Virus record (IMG/VR): IMGVR_UViG_3300033463_000023
Coordinates: 80,189-144,188 of that record
Length of the DNA: 64,000 nucleotides
Strand: one strand, 5' to 3'
Source of the DNA: a virus
Taxonomy: Duplodnaviria > Caudoviricetes
Shown piece by piece: positions 1 through 9,700 of the stretch (positions are counted from its first letter, which is position 1; each line of letters opens with the position of its first letter). Made by a program: the position numbers and the translations under genes. Below the pieces are notes generated by a model that was not told where the DNA came from, did not search any database, and saw only the letters and a program-made list of their open reading frames with translations.

Positions 1-161
1 GACAGGTACTCCTCGTACATCGGGACGTGCCTGGCGTCGCCGACGGACAGGCCAAACTTTGACATGGTTTCCACTTGACATAGATTAAGTTTTAGCAGCA
101 TGTAGCCACTAATGGTGCCTATGTCGTCAGGGTTTTCGGAATGATTGTTGTAATTTTGCAT
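1..161 (-). CDS. hypothetical phage protein, 5' part only (runs off window edge)
   Basis: Open frame from ATG at 161 (alternative in-frame ATGs at 101 and 65) reading ...MSKFGLSVGDARHVPMYEEYL to the edge; co-oriented with the late operon. Confidence 0.45.
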   Translation of the reverse strand, partial: MQNYNNHSENPDDIGTISGYMLLKLNLCQVETMSKFGLSVGDARHVPMYEEYL

Positions 162-290
162 CCGATTTCGCATACTTTAATGATGATACATACTACAGGA
201 GGGCTTAAGGGAGTCCCCTGCCGGCCGCGTAGTATGTATCGACCTGCGAAATCGGATGCAAGACGGCTGGCGGGGACTTCTGTTTCTTTC
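156..290 (+). ncRNA. candidate structured antisense/leader RNA
   Basis: TAATTTTG at 151-158; perfect 17-bp IR 156-172/245-261; perfect 12-bp IR 185-196/229-240; near-perfect 211-227/264-280 followed by T-rich tail. Confidence 0.5.
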
Positions 291-292
291 CC

Positions 293-940
293 TTAGACGG
301 CGGCGTCCTCTGCCGCTGGTTCCGCGGCGGATTCCCTGGCCCTGCGGCCGCCCTTCCGCTTGGGCTCCGGCCTCTCCGTCTCTGTGGCCTCTGTCTCCTC
401 CGCGGCCTCAGTCTCCTCCGTGGTCTCTGTGACTTTGGCGTACTTCTCCCAGAGGGCCTTCACCTTCTCCGGGTCCGTCGTGGCCTCGGCGGTGAACGGG
501 TTGCCGTAGCGCATGTTCACGGGGCCGGTGACGGCGAAGTCGGGCAGCAGGATCGCGGTGTCGGCCTGCTCGCGGTCCATGACCGTCAGGCGGCCGCCGA
601 AGGCGCCGGTGCCCAGCCACTCCTCGACGGCGGGCGACAGCGCCACGCTGGTGACGAGGGTCAGGCGGCTGACGGCGTCGAGCCGTCCCTGCCCGTCCAT
701 GCGGGCCCACGTCTTCCGCATCCACCGCCCGATGACGTCGCATGCGAGGTCCGGCAGCGACGGGGCGGCGATGAGCAGCTCCGTCTCCGAGTAGCGCGTG
801 AGGATGGCGGGCAGCAGCTCCGCCAGCGACAGGTCGCCGTAGCCCGCGAAGGCCATGGTGCCGCCGCCGGCGATGGCCCTGCGCAGCCCCATCAGCTGGC
901 GGGGAGCGCAGCAAGGTTCGATTATCTTCATGACTGTCAT
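293..940 (-). CDS. hypothetical virion-module protein with acidic low-complexity tail
   Basis: ORF track 293..988; ATG at 940 preferred (A-rich upstream); lies directly downstream of the tail tube candidate. Confidence 0.7.
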   Translation of the reverse strand: MTVMKIIEPCCAPRQLMGLRRAIAGGGTMAFAGYGDLSLAELLPAILTRYSETELLIAAPSLPDLACDVIGRWMRKTWARMDGQGRLDAVSRLTLVTSVALSPAVEEWLGTGAFGGRLTVMDREQADTAILLPDFAVTGPVNMRYGNPFTAEATTDPEKVKALWEKYAKVTETTEETEAAEETEATETERPEPKRKGGRRARESAAEPAAEDAAV

Positions 941-1028
941 TTTTTTCGGTTGTCGTTTGTCAATCAGGAATCGGGGCCCGGGCTGCATGGCCCGAGCCCC
1001 GACGGTATGAGAGAGTGCGCGCGGGCGC

Positions 1029-1583
1029 CTATGCGGCGTCCTCCTGCTCGATGGTGCCCACCCACTTCGTGACGGGATAGAGCATGTACGGGCAGTTCAC
1101 GGTGAAGGTGCTGCCGTGGTCGTCGGTGCGGGCGGCGCCCGAGTCGAACGTCACCTGGATCTCGGCCTCGCCGTTCTCGTTGCCGATGACGATGTACTCG
1201 GACTTGCCCTCGACCTTCTTGCCCGTGGGCACGAAGTAGAGGTTCTTGTCGGAGTTGTGCAGGATGCGGCTGGTGAAGGCCATGATGTCCTCGCCCATCT
1301 CCACGCGGCCGGTGACGGAGCCCGACCAGCCCTTGCCGGTGCCGTTGTCCTCCGAGGTGACCTGGCCGGTCTGCGCCTTGAAGTCGATGCGGTAGCCCTT
1401 CAGGGCCGTGGCCTGGCTTCCTGCCGGGGTGATGGTGTACTGGTTCTGTGTGTCGTCGGCGGCCATGGAGGCGATGTGGTCCTCGTCGAAGGGGACTACG
1501 AACAGGAAGTTCGATACGCCGGCGGGGTTCTCGACGCAGCTGGCGCTGGAGAGAACGCTCTTGGGGATACATGAAAGTGGCAT
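1029..1583 (-). CDS. putative major tail tube protein
   Basis: 184 aa, beta-strand-rich composition, immediately after the major capsid gene; call is from size and position. Confidence 0.5.
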   Translation of the reverse strand: MPLSCIPKSVLSSASCVENPAGVSNFLFVVPFDEDHIASMAADDTQNQYTITPAGSQATALKGYRIDFKAQTGQVTSEDNGTGKGWSGSVTGRVEMGEDIMAFTSRILHNSDKNLYFVPTGKKVEGKSEYIVIGNENGEAEIQVTFDSGAARTDDHGSTFTVNCPYMLYPVTKWVGTIEQEDAA

Positions 1584-1698
1584 AATGATACTAATTTTGT
1601 GTTTGTGTTGTGGATTGACTGATGACTGTTGCCGGAGGCCAGAGGGCGGGGCTTTCGCCTTTGGAGCTACTCGCCCCGGCTCACCTCCGGTAGGGAGA

Positions 1699-2985
1699 CT
1701 ACTCGGCCTCGAACTGGGCCACGAGGTTCTTCACGCCGCCGCCGAACTCGTAGTTGAGCGGGTTGTCGGTGAAGGTCTTCACGCCGTCGCTCCAGCCTGC
1801 GAGCTTGAAGCCGCTTTTAGGCGTGGCGGTCACGGTGATGGTGTCGCCGTCGGCGTAGAGGTCCTTCTGGCCAGAGGTGATGGCCACGGTGCCCTCTGTC
1901 TCGTCGGCGCTGGTCACGGTGAAGATGTCGGCGATGTACTGGCCGGGCGTCCAGTCATACGTGTTGACGGCGTCGTTGCAGGCGAAGTACATCGGGTCGT
2001 AGTCGCGGATGCGGGTCGTGGCGGCCGAGTTGATCTGGTAGCCGATGATCGACAGGTCGTCGTTGGTCTGGCCGATGCGGATGTTGGCCTTTCCCTCGCG
2101 CGTGTCGCAGATGAACTCCAGGATGTCCTCGCGGCAGACGGCGATGAGCTGTCCGCCGGTACCCATGGCGGCCGAGGTCTTCAGCGTCAGGTTGGGCATC
2201 TCGGCAAACTTCCAGCTGGCCTCCAGCACGGTCGGGGAGATCTGCGGGAAGGTGAGCATGTAGCCCTTCACGGCCAGGCGGCAGAACTCGTCGGAGGCGA
2301 GGATGGTGAGCTTGTTCTCCGGCTTCTTCATGTGGGGATGGAGGGCGCCGTAGAACTTCACGAGCAGCTCGTAGACCTCGACGGGTGTCAGGGGGACGGT
2401 GTTGCCGCCCACCTGCTTGGTCAGGCCGCCGGTCATGATCAGGTTGCGGTTGGCGACCGAGATGGTGCCGTCGGTACGCTTCTGGGCGATGAGCGTGTAG
2501 AATCCGTCGAACAGCGAGAGGCCGAGCTTCACCTGGTTGGCGGGTACGTCAGGCAGGTTGCGGTTGGCCTTGTTGCCGAAGAAGATGTTGAAGCGGACGT
2601 CCTCGGCGGCACGGCCGGCGATCTCCTCCATGTTCTTGCGCGACATCACGGCCTCGTCGGCGGCGTTGACCACGTTGAAGGGGCCCTTCTCGCGGTAGCG
2701 CTCGATGCTGTCCTCGGCCTTGATGTAGTACGGCTCGACCTTCGCGGGGTTGTCCACGATCTTGGCGAGCTGGGAGTTCTTCACGTTGCCCACGCGGTAC
2801 GGGCGTGCCACGAGGCCCTTGCGGTTGAAAATCTGACAGACGTCGATGTTCTCCACGTCGGTCGTCACCATGATCCCGAGGTTGCCGAACATGGCATCGT
2901 CGAGCAGGTAGGCCTTGGCCACCAGCTCCTCATGGATCTGTTCCTTGACATGCTGGATGTCACTGATGTTAAGTGCGTAAGACAT
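1699..2985 (-). CDS. major capsid protein with C-terminal InlB B-repeat/Ig-like domain
   Basis: 428 aa directly after the S49 protease; C-terminus (YADGDTITVTATPKSGFKLAGWSDG...LVAQF) resembles the divergent InlB B-repeat pattern. Confidence 0.75.
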   Translation of the reverse strand: MSYALNISDIQHVKEQIHEELVAKAYLLDDAMFGNLGIMVTTDVENIDVCQIFNRKGLVARPYRVGNVKNSQLAKIVDNPAKVEPYYIKAEDSIERYREKGPFNVVNAADEAVMSRKNMEEIAGRAAEDVRFNIFFGNKANRNLPDVPANQVKLGLSLFDGFYTLIAQKRTDGTISVANRNLIMTGGLTKQVGGNTVPLTPVEVYELLVKFYGALHPHMKKPENKLTILASDEFCRLAVKGYMLTFPQISPTVLEASWKFAEMPNLTLKTSAAMGTGGQLIAVCREDILEFICDTREGKANIRIGQTNDDLSIIGYQINSAATTRIRDYDPMYFACNDAVNTYDWTPGQYIADIFTVTSADETEGTVAITSGQKDLYADGDTITVTATPKSGFKLAGWSDGVKTFTDNPLNYEFGGGVKNLVAQFEAE

Positions 2986-3036
2986 AATCTTTGTGTTGTG
3001 TTAATGGATGAATACTATTGTTGTTTGTGTTGGTGG

Positions 3037-5019
3037 TCACTTGCCTGCGGCCTGGCGCTCCCTGGCGACCTCGCGGACGTGCTCGTAGGTCATGTTCTCG
3101 CGGGTGATGCGCTTCTCGCGGACCTTCGGGGCGTCGCCCGTGCCGTTGCCGGCGGGGATGCCGGCGGCTGCGTCGACCATGGGCGTCTCCGTGCCGGAGA
3201 GCTCCCTGACCTCGGCCTTCAGGTCGGCGACCTGCTTCTGCAGCTTCCCGATCTCGGCGTCCTTGGCGGCGATGTCGGCGTCGCGCTGCGCGATGGTGGC
3301 GACGTGCTCGGCGATGGTCTTGTCCCTGGCCTCGACGTCGGCCTTCAGGTTGCCGACGGTTGCCTGCTCCTCGGCGAGCGAGAACTTGATCTCCTCGATC
3401 TCCCTGTCGCGGTCGGCAATCATCTGCTCTGCGCCGTGCAGCGTCTCCTGGATCCTGCCGATCTCGGCCTGGGCTTCCTCTATAGACTTGTCGGAAGGCT
3501 GTGCAGCGGCGGCTTGCTCACCGGCGCCTTCGCCGGCTCCCTCGCCCTCGCCTTCGCCAGAGCCTTCTCCTTCTCCAGAGCCCTCGCCTTCGCCCTCGCC
3601 TTCGCCAGAGCCTTCAGCGGCGCCCTCACCTTCGCCTTCCTGAGCGCCTTCCTGTGCGCCCTCTCCGGCACCTTCCTGGGAACCTTCTCCGGCGCCTTCC
3701 TGTGCGCCCTCGCCTGCTCCCTCGCCGGCAGCCTGAGCCTCGGCCTCCTGGCCTTCAGCCTGCGCCCCGGCGTCCTGTCCTTCGGCCTGGGCTGCTGCAG
3801 CCTCCTGGGCCTTCTTCTCTTCTTCTGTCATATCCTCTTTGTTTTTAGGGGTTGCTACTTCTTCCATGTAGGGGCCGAGGAATCCCTGTCTCTCGGCACT
3901 GACATGGCCGTCGTCGACGACCGTCAGGTTCCCTTTCTCGTTGTTGACGGCTGCCTTCTGCTGTGCGTTCAGCCTGGCAAGTTCCTCGGGCTCCTTGCCC
4001 TCGGGCTCGTCATCGGGCTTCTCCTCGGGCTCCGGGGCCGTCATGAAGCGGGCGGCGGTCATCGTCTCGTCGGCCAGCTGGAACACGCACTCGATGGCGC
4101 GGTTGAAGTCGCCGATCTCGTCGACCAGGGCGGGTATCACCTCCTCGGCATCGAACATCTTGCCCGAGAGCATGTCGTCGGTCACCAGCGGGCGGTTCTC
4201 GCGCACCGTCTGATGGAACTCCTCGGTGTCCTTGTCCAGGTCAGCCTGCAGCTTCTCGTACTCGCCCTTGGCGGCCTCGCGCCACCAGGCGTTCTTCTCG
4301 GGGCAGTCCTTGCCGACGAGCTCCACGTAGCGGAAGCCGTCGCTGTCCACGGTGTCGTGGGCCACGGACCAGAACGCGACCATCGTGCCGATGCAGCCGT
4401 AGCCGTCCTTGGGGTTCATCACGATCACGCGGTCCGTGCGGCAGGTGAGCCCGACGCCGGACGAGGCGCACATCCCGTCGACGAACGACACCGTCGGCTT
4501 GCCCTTCTCGCGGCAGTCGGCGATCATCATGTCGTAGTCGTTGCGGCAGGAGGACTCGCCTCCCGGGGTGTTGACCACGAAGACGTGGCCTATGACCTGC
4601 GGTATGGTGTTGGCGTACATCACCTGGTCGCGCCAGTCCTTCGACCCGTAGGAGCAGCCGCCGCCGTCACGCGTGATGGGGCCGTCCACGACGACCACGT
4701 TGATGATCTGGTCGTCGTCCTGGAGCTCCTCGTCGTTCCAGTACAGGTGGCGCTCGATGCTCTCGATGTTCCCGACGTACGTCTTGTCGAAGCCTACGTG
4801 TATGTCGCTGTAGAGCAGTCTTTCGCTGAAGTCGGCGCCGACGGTCTGTCCGTCCTTCTGGCAGCCCTTCTTCGACAGGAAGAAGCCGTGCTTCTTCTCG
4901 ATGTCGTTGTCCAGATGCAGCTCGATGGCATTCTTCAAGGCAGTGGCATACGTCTGAGCCATGCCTGGATGGAAGTCCCATTTCTTGTTATGCAAGATTG
5001 AAAGTAATCCTATGTTCAT
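3037..5019 (-). CDS. S49-family prohead protease fused to acidic/coiled-coil scaffold
   Basis: VNTPGGE, KPTVSFVDGMCASSG, GCIGT, EKN and ALVDEIG motifs of S49/SppA; Gly-Glu repeats and coiled coil at the C-terminus. Confidence 0.85.
   Translation of the reverse strand: MNIGLLSILHNKKWDFHPGMAQTYATALKNAIELHLDNDIEKKHGFFLSKKGCQKDGQTVGADFSERLLYSDIHVGFDKTYVGNIESIERHLYWNDEELQDDDQIINVVVVDGPITRDGGGCSYGSKDWRDQVMYANTIPQVIGHVFVVNTPGGESSCRNDYDMMIADCREKGKPTVSFVDGMCASSGVGLTCRTDRVIVMNPKDGYGCIGTMVAFWSVAHDTVDSDGFRYVELVGKDCPEKNAWWREAAKGEYEKLQADLDKDTEEFHQTVRENRPLVTDDMLSGKMFDAEEVIPALVDEIGDFNRAIECVFQLADETMTAARFMTAPEPEEKPDDEPEGKEPEELARLNAQQKAAVNNEKGNLTVVDDGHVSAERQGFLGPYMEEVATPKNKEDMTEEEKKAQEAAAAQAEGQDAGAQAEGQEAEAQAAGEGAGEGAQEGAGEGSQEGAGEGAQEGAQEGEGEGAAEGSGEGEGEGEGSGEGEGSGEGEGEGAGEGAGEQAAAAQPSDKSIEEAQAEIGRIQETLHGAEQMIADRDREIEEIKFSLAEEQATVGNLKADVEARDKTIAEHVATIAQRDADIAAKDAEIGKLQKQVADLKAEVRELSGTETPMVDAAAGIPAGNGTGDAPKVREKRITRENMTYEHVREVARERQAAGK
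3500..3800 (-). repeat. coding low-complexity Gly-Glu/Ala-Gln repeats
   Basis: GEGAGEGAQEGAGEGSQEG...GEGEGEGSGEG in the protease/scaffold protein. Confidence 0.9.
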
Positions 5020-5060
5020 ATCCTTGTATCTTTTAGGGCTTTACGCCCGTTCTTCTTTCC

Positions 5061-5097
5061 GCAATTTACGGCATACGGGCGCCGGAGTCAAGGGCAG
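5061..5097 (-). promoter_or_regulatory. late promoter motif, copy 1 (protease-capsid operon)
   Basis: CTGCCCTTG-N20-TAAATTGC on the minus strand, upstream of the ATG at 5019. Confidence 0.7.
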
Positions 5098-5153
5098 GGC
5101 ATGTATTCTCTGTTCGTTGTCCACTGTCCGTTGTTCGTTGGGGCGCAGCCCGC

Positions 5154-6575
5154 TTACTTGTGCTCAGGCGTGCGGTGCGTGTGCGGGAAACCAGTAAATA
5201 GCTTCTTCGAGTTCTGCTCGCACATCTCCCTCCTGCGCCTGCACTCCGCCTGCTCGCGGTGCTCCGCGTCGCTCTTTGCCTGTGCCTCGCGCTCGCGCAC
5301 GCTATTGTATATAGGTGTGCCAACGGCCGCCTCGCCCAGCCTGTTGAGGTTATCCTCGATGAACTGGCAGGCCATGGCCATCGCCTGCTGCGCGTCGGTC
5401 ATGGAGTCGCGCCTTGCCAGCTTCTCCTGCTTCGGTCCTATCTCCACGCGCCGGCTCTCCACGTAGAAGGCCAGCGCCGTGCGTAGCATGTCGAGCAGCT
5501 CGTCGCCCGTGCCGTCGGTCCAGCTCGATGGTACCAGATGCTCCTCGCCCTGGTCGGCCTTGATGTGCATGCCGTCATCATCCACCTCGTAGCGCCGCAG
5601 TTTCCCGCTGTCACCGCTCTTCTCCTCCACCGTCACGTTCATGCCGCCCGTGCCGTCGGGAGCCCATTGGCGCGTCTGCCCGCCGGAGCGGTAGGTCACG
5701 CCCTCGTCGGTCCTGATCGTCGCCTCGCCGTCCTTGTCGATGGTGATGCGCTCCTGTATCTTCCTCGGGTCGGTGTTGGCGAAGGCCACGACGGCCTTCA
5801 GCAGCTTTGCGCCGATGCGGGTCTTCAGGTACGTGTTCTGGCAGAAGCGGATGTCACGCACCAGCTGCACGTAGGCCATCCTCTCCCCCTTGATATCCAA
5901 GTACTCGTTCAGTACCCTCGCCGTCTGGAACAGCAGGTCCTTGTGCAGATAGAAGGCGTCGGCATCGCTCCACTTGTCGGTGAAGAGCCGTGCGTCCTTT
6001 GCGTCGGCCTCGAGGAACAGCAGAATGTCGTCGATGGCGCGTCCGGCAGCCATATACGCATCCTTTCTCATTTCCTCCTTGTCCTTTTCTGTTGCGGGCT
6101 CATATCCGTCGGCACTGACTTTATTCATGCCGCCGCCTTCGTTGAACGAGACGGACAACAATCCCGCCTTGTGGGAGAGCATCTTGTACCACTCAATGCG
6201 CTGACAGATCCTGATGAGCCTGATGGTCTTCAGGTCGTCGGCCGGCACGTCCTTCTCGCCGGGCTCCGGGGTCACATACGTCTCGCGGTACTTGCCCTGC
6301 TGTATCTGCTCCAGTCTTTCGGTGACATCTGCATGTGCAAGCTCCGCGTCCTTCTTGGCCTTGCCCGTCGGGCGTACGGTCGTCGCCGTGATGTCGGTAT
6401 AGGTCTCGCGCAGGCGGTCGTACTCGCCCAGCAGCCACTGGTACAGGCTCGTGCCCAGCAGCGGCTCCAGTGCCACGGCTTCCTCCTCCTCGATATACCC
6501 GAAGAGCTGCTGCGGCCGGTCCCACCGCGCCGTCGGCATCAGCGACTGTATCTCGTTCTGTGTGGTGATGAACAT
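5154..6575 (-). CDS. putative head-tail connector/head completion protein (DUF6712-like)
   Basis: N-terminal EEEEAVALEPLLGTSLY and internal QNTYLKTRIG resemble proteins next to Bacteroidales phage head genes; has its own late promoter. Confidence 0.5.
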   Translation of the reverse strand: MFITTQNEIQSLMPTARWDRPQQLFGYIEEEEAVALEPLLGTSLYQWLLGEYDRLRETYTDITATTVRPTGKAKKDAELAHADVTERLEQIQQGKYRETYVTPEPGEKDVPADDLKTIRLIRICQRIEWYKMLSHKAGLLSVSFNEGGGMNKVSADGYEPATEKDKEEMRKDAYMAAGRAIDDILLFLEADAKDARLFTDKWSDADAFYLHKDLLFQTARVLNEYLDIKGERMAYVQLVRDIRFCQNTYLKTRIGAKLLKAVVAFANTDPRKIQERITIDKDGEATIRTDEGVTYRSGGQTRQWAPDGTGGMNVTVEEKSGDSGKLRRYEVDDDGMHIKADQGEEHLVPSSWTDGTGDELLDMLRTALAFYVESRRVEIGPKQEKLARRDSMTDAQQAMAMACQFIEDNLNRLGEAAVGTPIYNSVREREAQAKSDAEHREQAECRRRREMCEQNSKKLFTGFPHTHRTPEHK

Positions 6576-6594
6576 TGCCTTCCTGTTTTTATCC

Positions 6595-6631
6595 GAAAGA
6601 TACGGCGCGCGGGCGCCGGAATCAAGGGCAG
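6595..6631 (-). promoter_or_regulatory. late promoter motif, copy 2
   Basis: CTGCCCTTG-N20-TATCTTTC upstream of 6575. Confidence 0.7.
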
Positions 6632-6696
6632 ACGAGCCGAGCGCAGAGACGCGAACCTCGTTCGTAGTCTATGCCGAGGCGAGGACGGCACTCGGC
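6631..6696. repeat. REP-like palindromic element, copy A
   Basis: GACGAGCCGAGCGCA...TGCCGAGGCGAGGACGGCACTCGGC; reverse-complement copy at 59818-59883. Confidence 0.7.
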
Positions 6697-6717
6697 GAAG
6701 CCAAGGGCGGCGGCTGC

Positions 6718-9700
6718 CTACAGGTACTTCTCCCCGTGCCTTGCTGCTTCTTTCTGCAGCTTGGCGATGACGTTCGGCAGGCCGTCGGGCCCGTAGAGGA
6801 TGTTCTGCGCGACGATCGGCTCGCTGAGCCGGGCCAGCAGCGCCTCCTGCACGGCGGTGTTGCGGTCGAGCGACCCCTGGATGGCCGTGAGGTCCGTGCC
6901 GCCGCCGATGCCGCCCGTCGTGCCCCAGGCATCCCCGAAGTCGTCGAGGTTGCCGTCGGCGAAGGCGCGCACTCCCCCGCCCCGTCGGCGCATGGCGGAG
7001 AGCCGCCCGCCGTTGTAGAGCGTCTGGATGCTCTGCCAGATCTCCGGCTCGTTCAGGCGGATGTCGCGGGTGGTGTGGGCGTCGATGATCGCCTCCTGCC
7101 CGGCCTCGCCGACGAGGTGGAACTCCGGCCCGCTGGTGACGTGGGTCTTCGCTCCCTTGCCCATGTACCTTGCGCGGTAGGTCCTGCCGTCGGCGGCGTC
7201 GACGTTGTACTGCCTGCCAGGCGTGAGCGTAGAGGGGTCGGTGAACTCGTTGACGTTACCGCTGGCGTACGTCATCATGCCCGTTGACAGGCGGCCGGCC
7301 GAGACGGACGCGCCGGTGACCTGGGCGATCTGCGACTTCGACTTGGCGATCTTCGATACGGCAAAACCGAGCAGGCCTCCGAGCAGGGCCGTGATGGCGG
7401 CGAAGGCAGCGGGTCCTGCGATCGGGCCAAGCTGTGCAAACGTCTTCGACGCGACGGCGGGAGTGTCTGCTGCAACCTGTGCCGTGTTCTGGGCCATGGA
7501 AGTCGTCAGTGCCGATATGGCCGCCTGGCCCGCCGCCTGCACGGCGATCATCTCGAACTTCTGGGCTGTCGAGAGATTGTCGTTCGACATGGCCTGGTAG
7601 GCGATTCCGTAGAGGTTGGCGGCGGCGGTCATCTTGGCGAAGGCCGACTGCGCGCCGCCCGCGATCTTGTTGTCTGTCTGCTGCTCGCCCTGCTGCACCT
7701 TCTTCTGGTTGTTGAGGACCTGCGCCGTGGCGGCGTCCGACGCCTGCACCTGGGCGTTGTAGGCGTTCTGCATGCTCTCGATGCCGGCGGCCGTCATCTG
7801 CCACGGAGCCTTGTATGGCAGGCCTTCCGGTTGCTCCGCCACGGCGGGCTGTATCGGCGAAACGACTTGTCCGCTGCCGTCGAGCGCCATGCCGTTCTCG
7901 TCGCGCTTCAGCTTGCTGGCGTCGGAGAAGTCCGACTGGCCGCCAGCGATCCCGCCGAGCAGGTCGTACAGCGCCTGGGTGTTCAGCCCCAGCGCCGCCG
8001 TGTTGGCGTCTATCGCCTCGTTCTGCAGCGCGGCGTTCATCCAGTCGGTGATCTGCTCGTCCATCTTGGCGTTGATGTCGTCCATCACCTTCTTCCACGC
8101 GTCGGCCTGGGCGTTCTGCTGCTCTATCTCCCGCTGGCGCTCCAGGGCCTGGCGGTCGTTGAGGTACTCGTAGTGGGCGGCTGCGTCCTCCGTGCCCTCG
8201 TTCTCGATGACGATGTACGTCCCGGCGCCGGGGCCTCCCTTGCCGGTGAGCTCCATCTTCGCCAGCTCGTTGTAGTACTCCGCGTTGCCGGCGTTGCTGG
8301 CTTCCATCACGTCCTGCAGCGAGCCCGTCAGCAGGTCTGCCCATTCCCTCAGGCTCTGATAGAGGCGGTTCTGGGACTCCTCGGTGCGGGCGATGATCTC
8401 CTCGCGCTGCTTGGCCAGCTCGGTCAGCTCCTTAGCCTGCGAGATATTCAGTGATGTCGTCAGGTGCTGAGCGTCGAGCGATGCCTCCACAGATTTCGTC
8501 ACGGCTTCCTCTGCCTGCCGCGCCTTCAGTCGTGCCTCTTCGGCCTTGCCTGCGTCCTTGGCGGCCTCGGCTTCCTTCTTCAGGCGCTCTGCCTTCCGTT
8601 TCTCCAACTCTGCCTCGCGCTCCAGGAAAGCAATACGCTTCCTGCCCTCCTGCTCCATCAGGTTGTAGTAGTGTTCCTGCATCGTGATCTTCAGCTTCAT
8701 CTGCTGGATGGCGAGCTTGTCGGCCACGCGTTCCGATGCTGCACCGGCACCTATCAGGCTGTTGGCACGGCTCACCCTGCCCTCTTCCAGTCCCAGTGCG
8801 CTTATGGCCAGTTCGTAGCTGTCCTTCAGGCTGGCGCTCTGGCCGGGCATCACGTCCTGCCACATGATGTCAACCTGCTTCTTGATCTGCGACGCCTCCT
8901 TCTTGATGGCGTTCTGCACGTCGTCGTACACTTTGTGCAGCGCCTCCAGTATCGACTGCCGCTTCTGGTCGTCCACCATCAGCTCGTCGGCCCATTCTCC
9001 CAGGCCATTCTCGCGCATCCGCTTTGCCAGCTCATCGACGGTCAGCGCATAGGCGTTCTCCGCCTCTCCCAGCAGGAAGCGCATGCGCTTGGCCTCGGCC
9101 TTCACCAGCACACCTGCGTCGGTCACGCCCTTCTTCTCCATGTCGGCAAAGAGGATGTCCATGTCCGTCAGGTTCTTGCGCAGGTTGTCCACGATGCCGT
9201 CATAGGGCCGTTCCTTGGCCACGATGTCGGCTATCTTGTTCAGATGCTTCACGGTGATCTCCTGCATCTTCGTCATGTCCTGCTGCATGCGGTAGTTGTT
9301 GCGCCCTATCTGTCCGGCGTTGGCCTTGGCCCACTCGGTGGTGAGCTTCTCGCGCTGCAGCTCGTCCAGCTCGAAGTTCTTGTGCAGTGTCTCCCACCAC
9401 TCGTCGAACGCCTTGGTCTCCTCCTTCGATATCTCGCCGGTGAACGACCCGCGCAGCTTCGCCCGCCGCTCCAGGTGCTTCTGCTCCAGCAGCTCCGCCT
9501 GGCGGTTGTACAGCTCCTCGCTCATGTTCTCGTCGATGCGCGCCTTCTCCAGCGTCTCCTTGCGGCGCGAGTAGTAGCGGTCGAGCTCCGCCAGCGCATA
9601 GTCCGTCTCCGGCATCAGGTTCTTGCGCTTGCCCGTCTTGGCTTCCGCAGCCCAGTGCCCCTCGTTGGTGGAGAAGCGCTCGCTCTTCAGCTCCTGCTCG

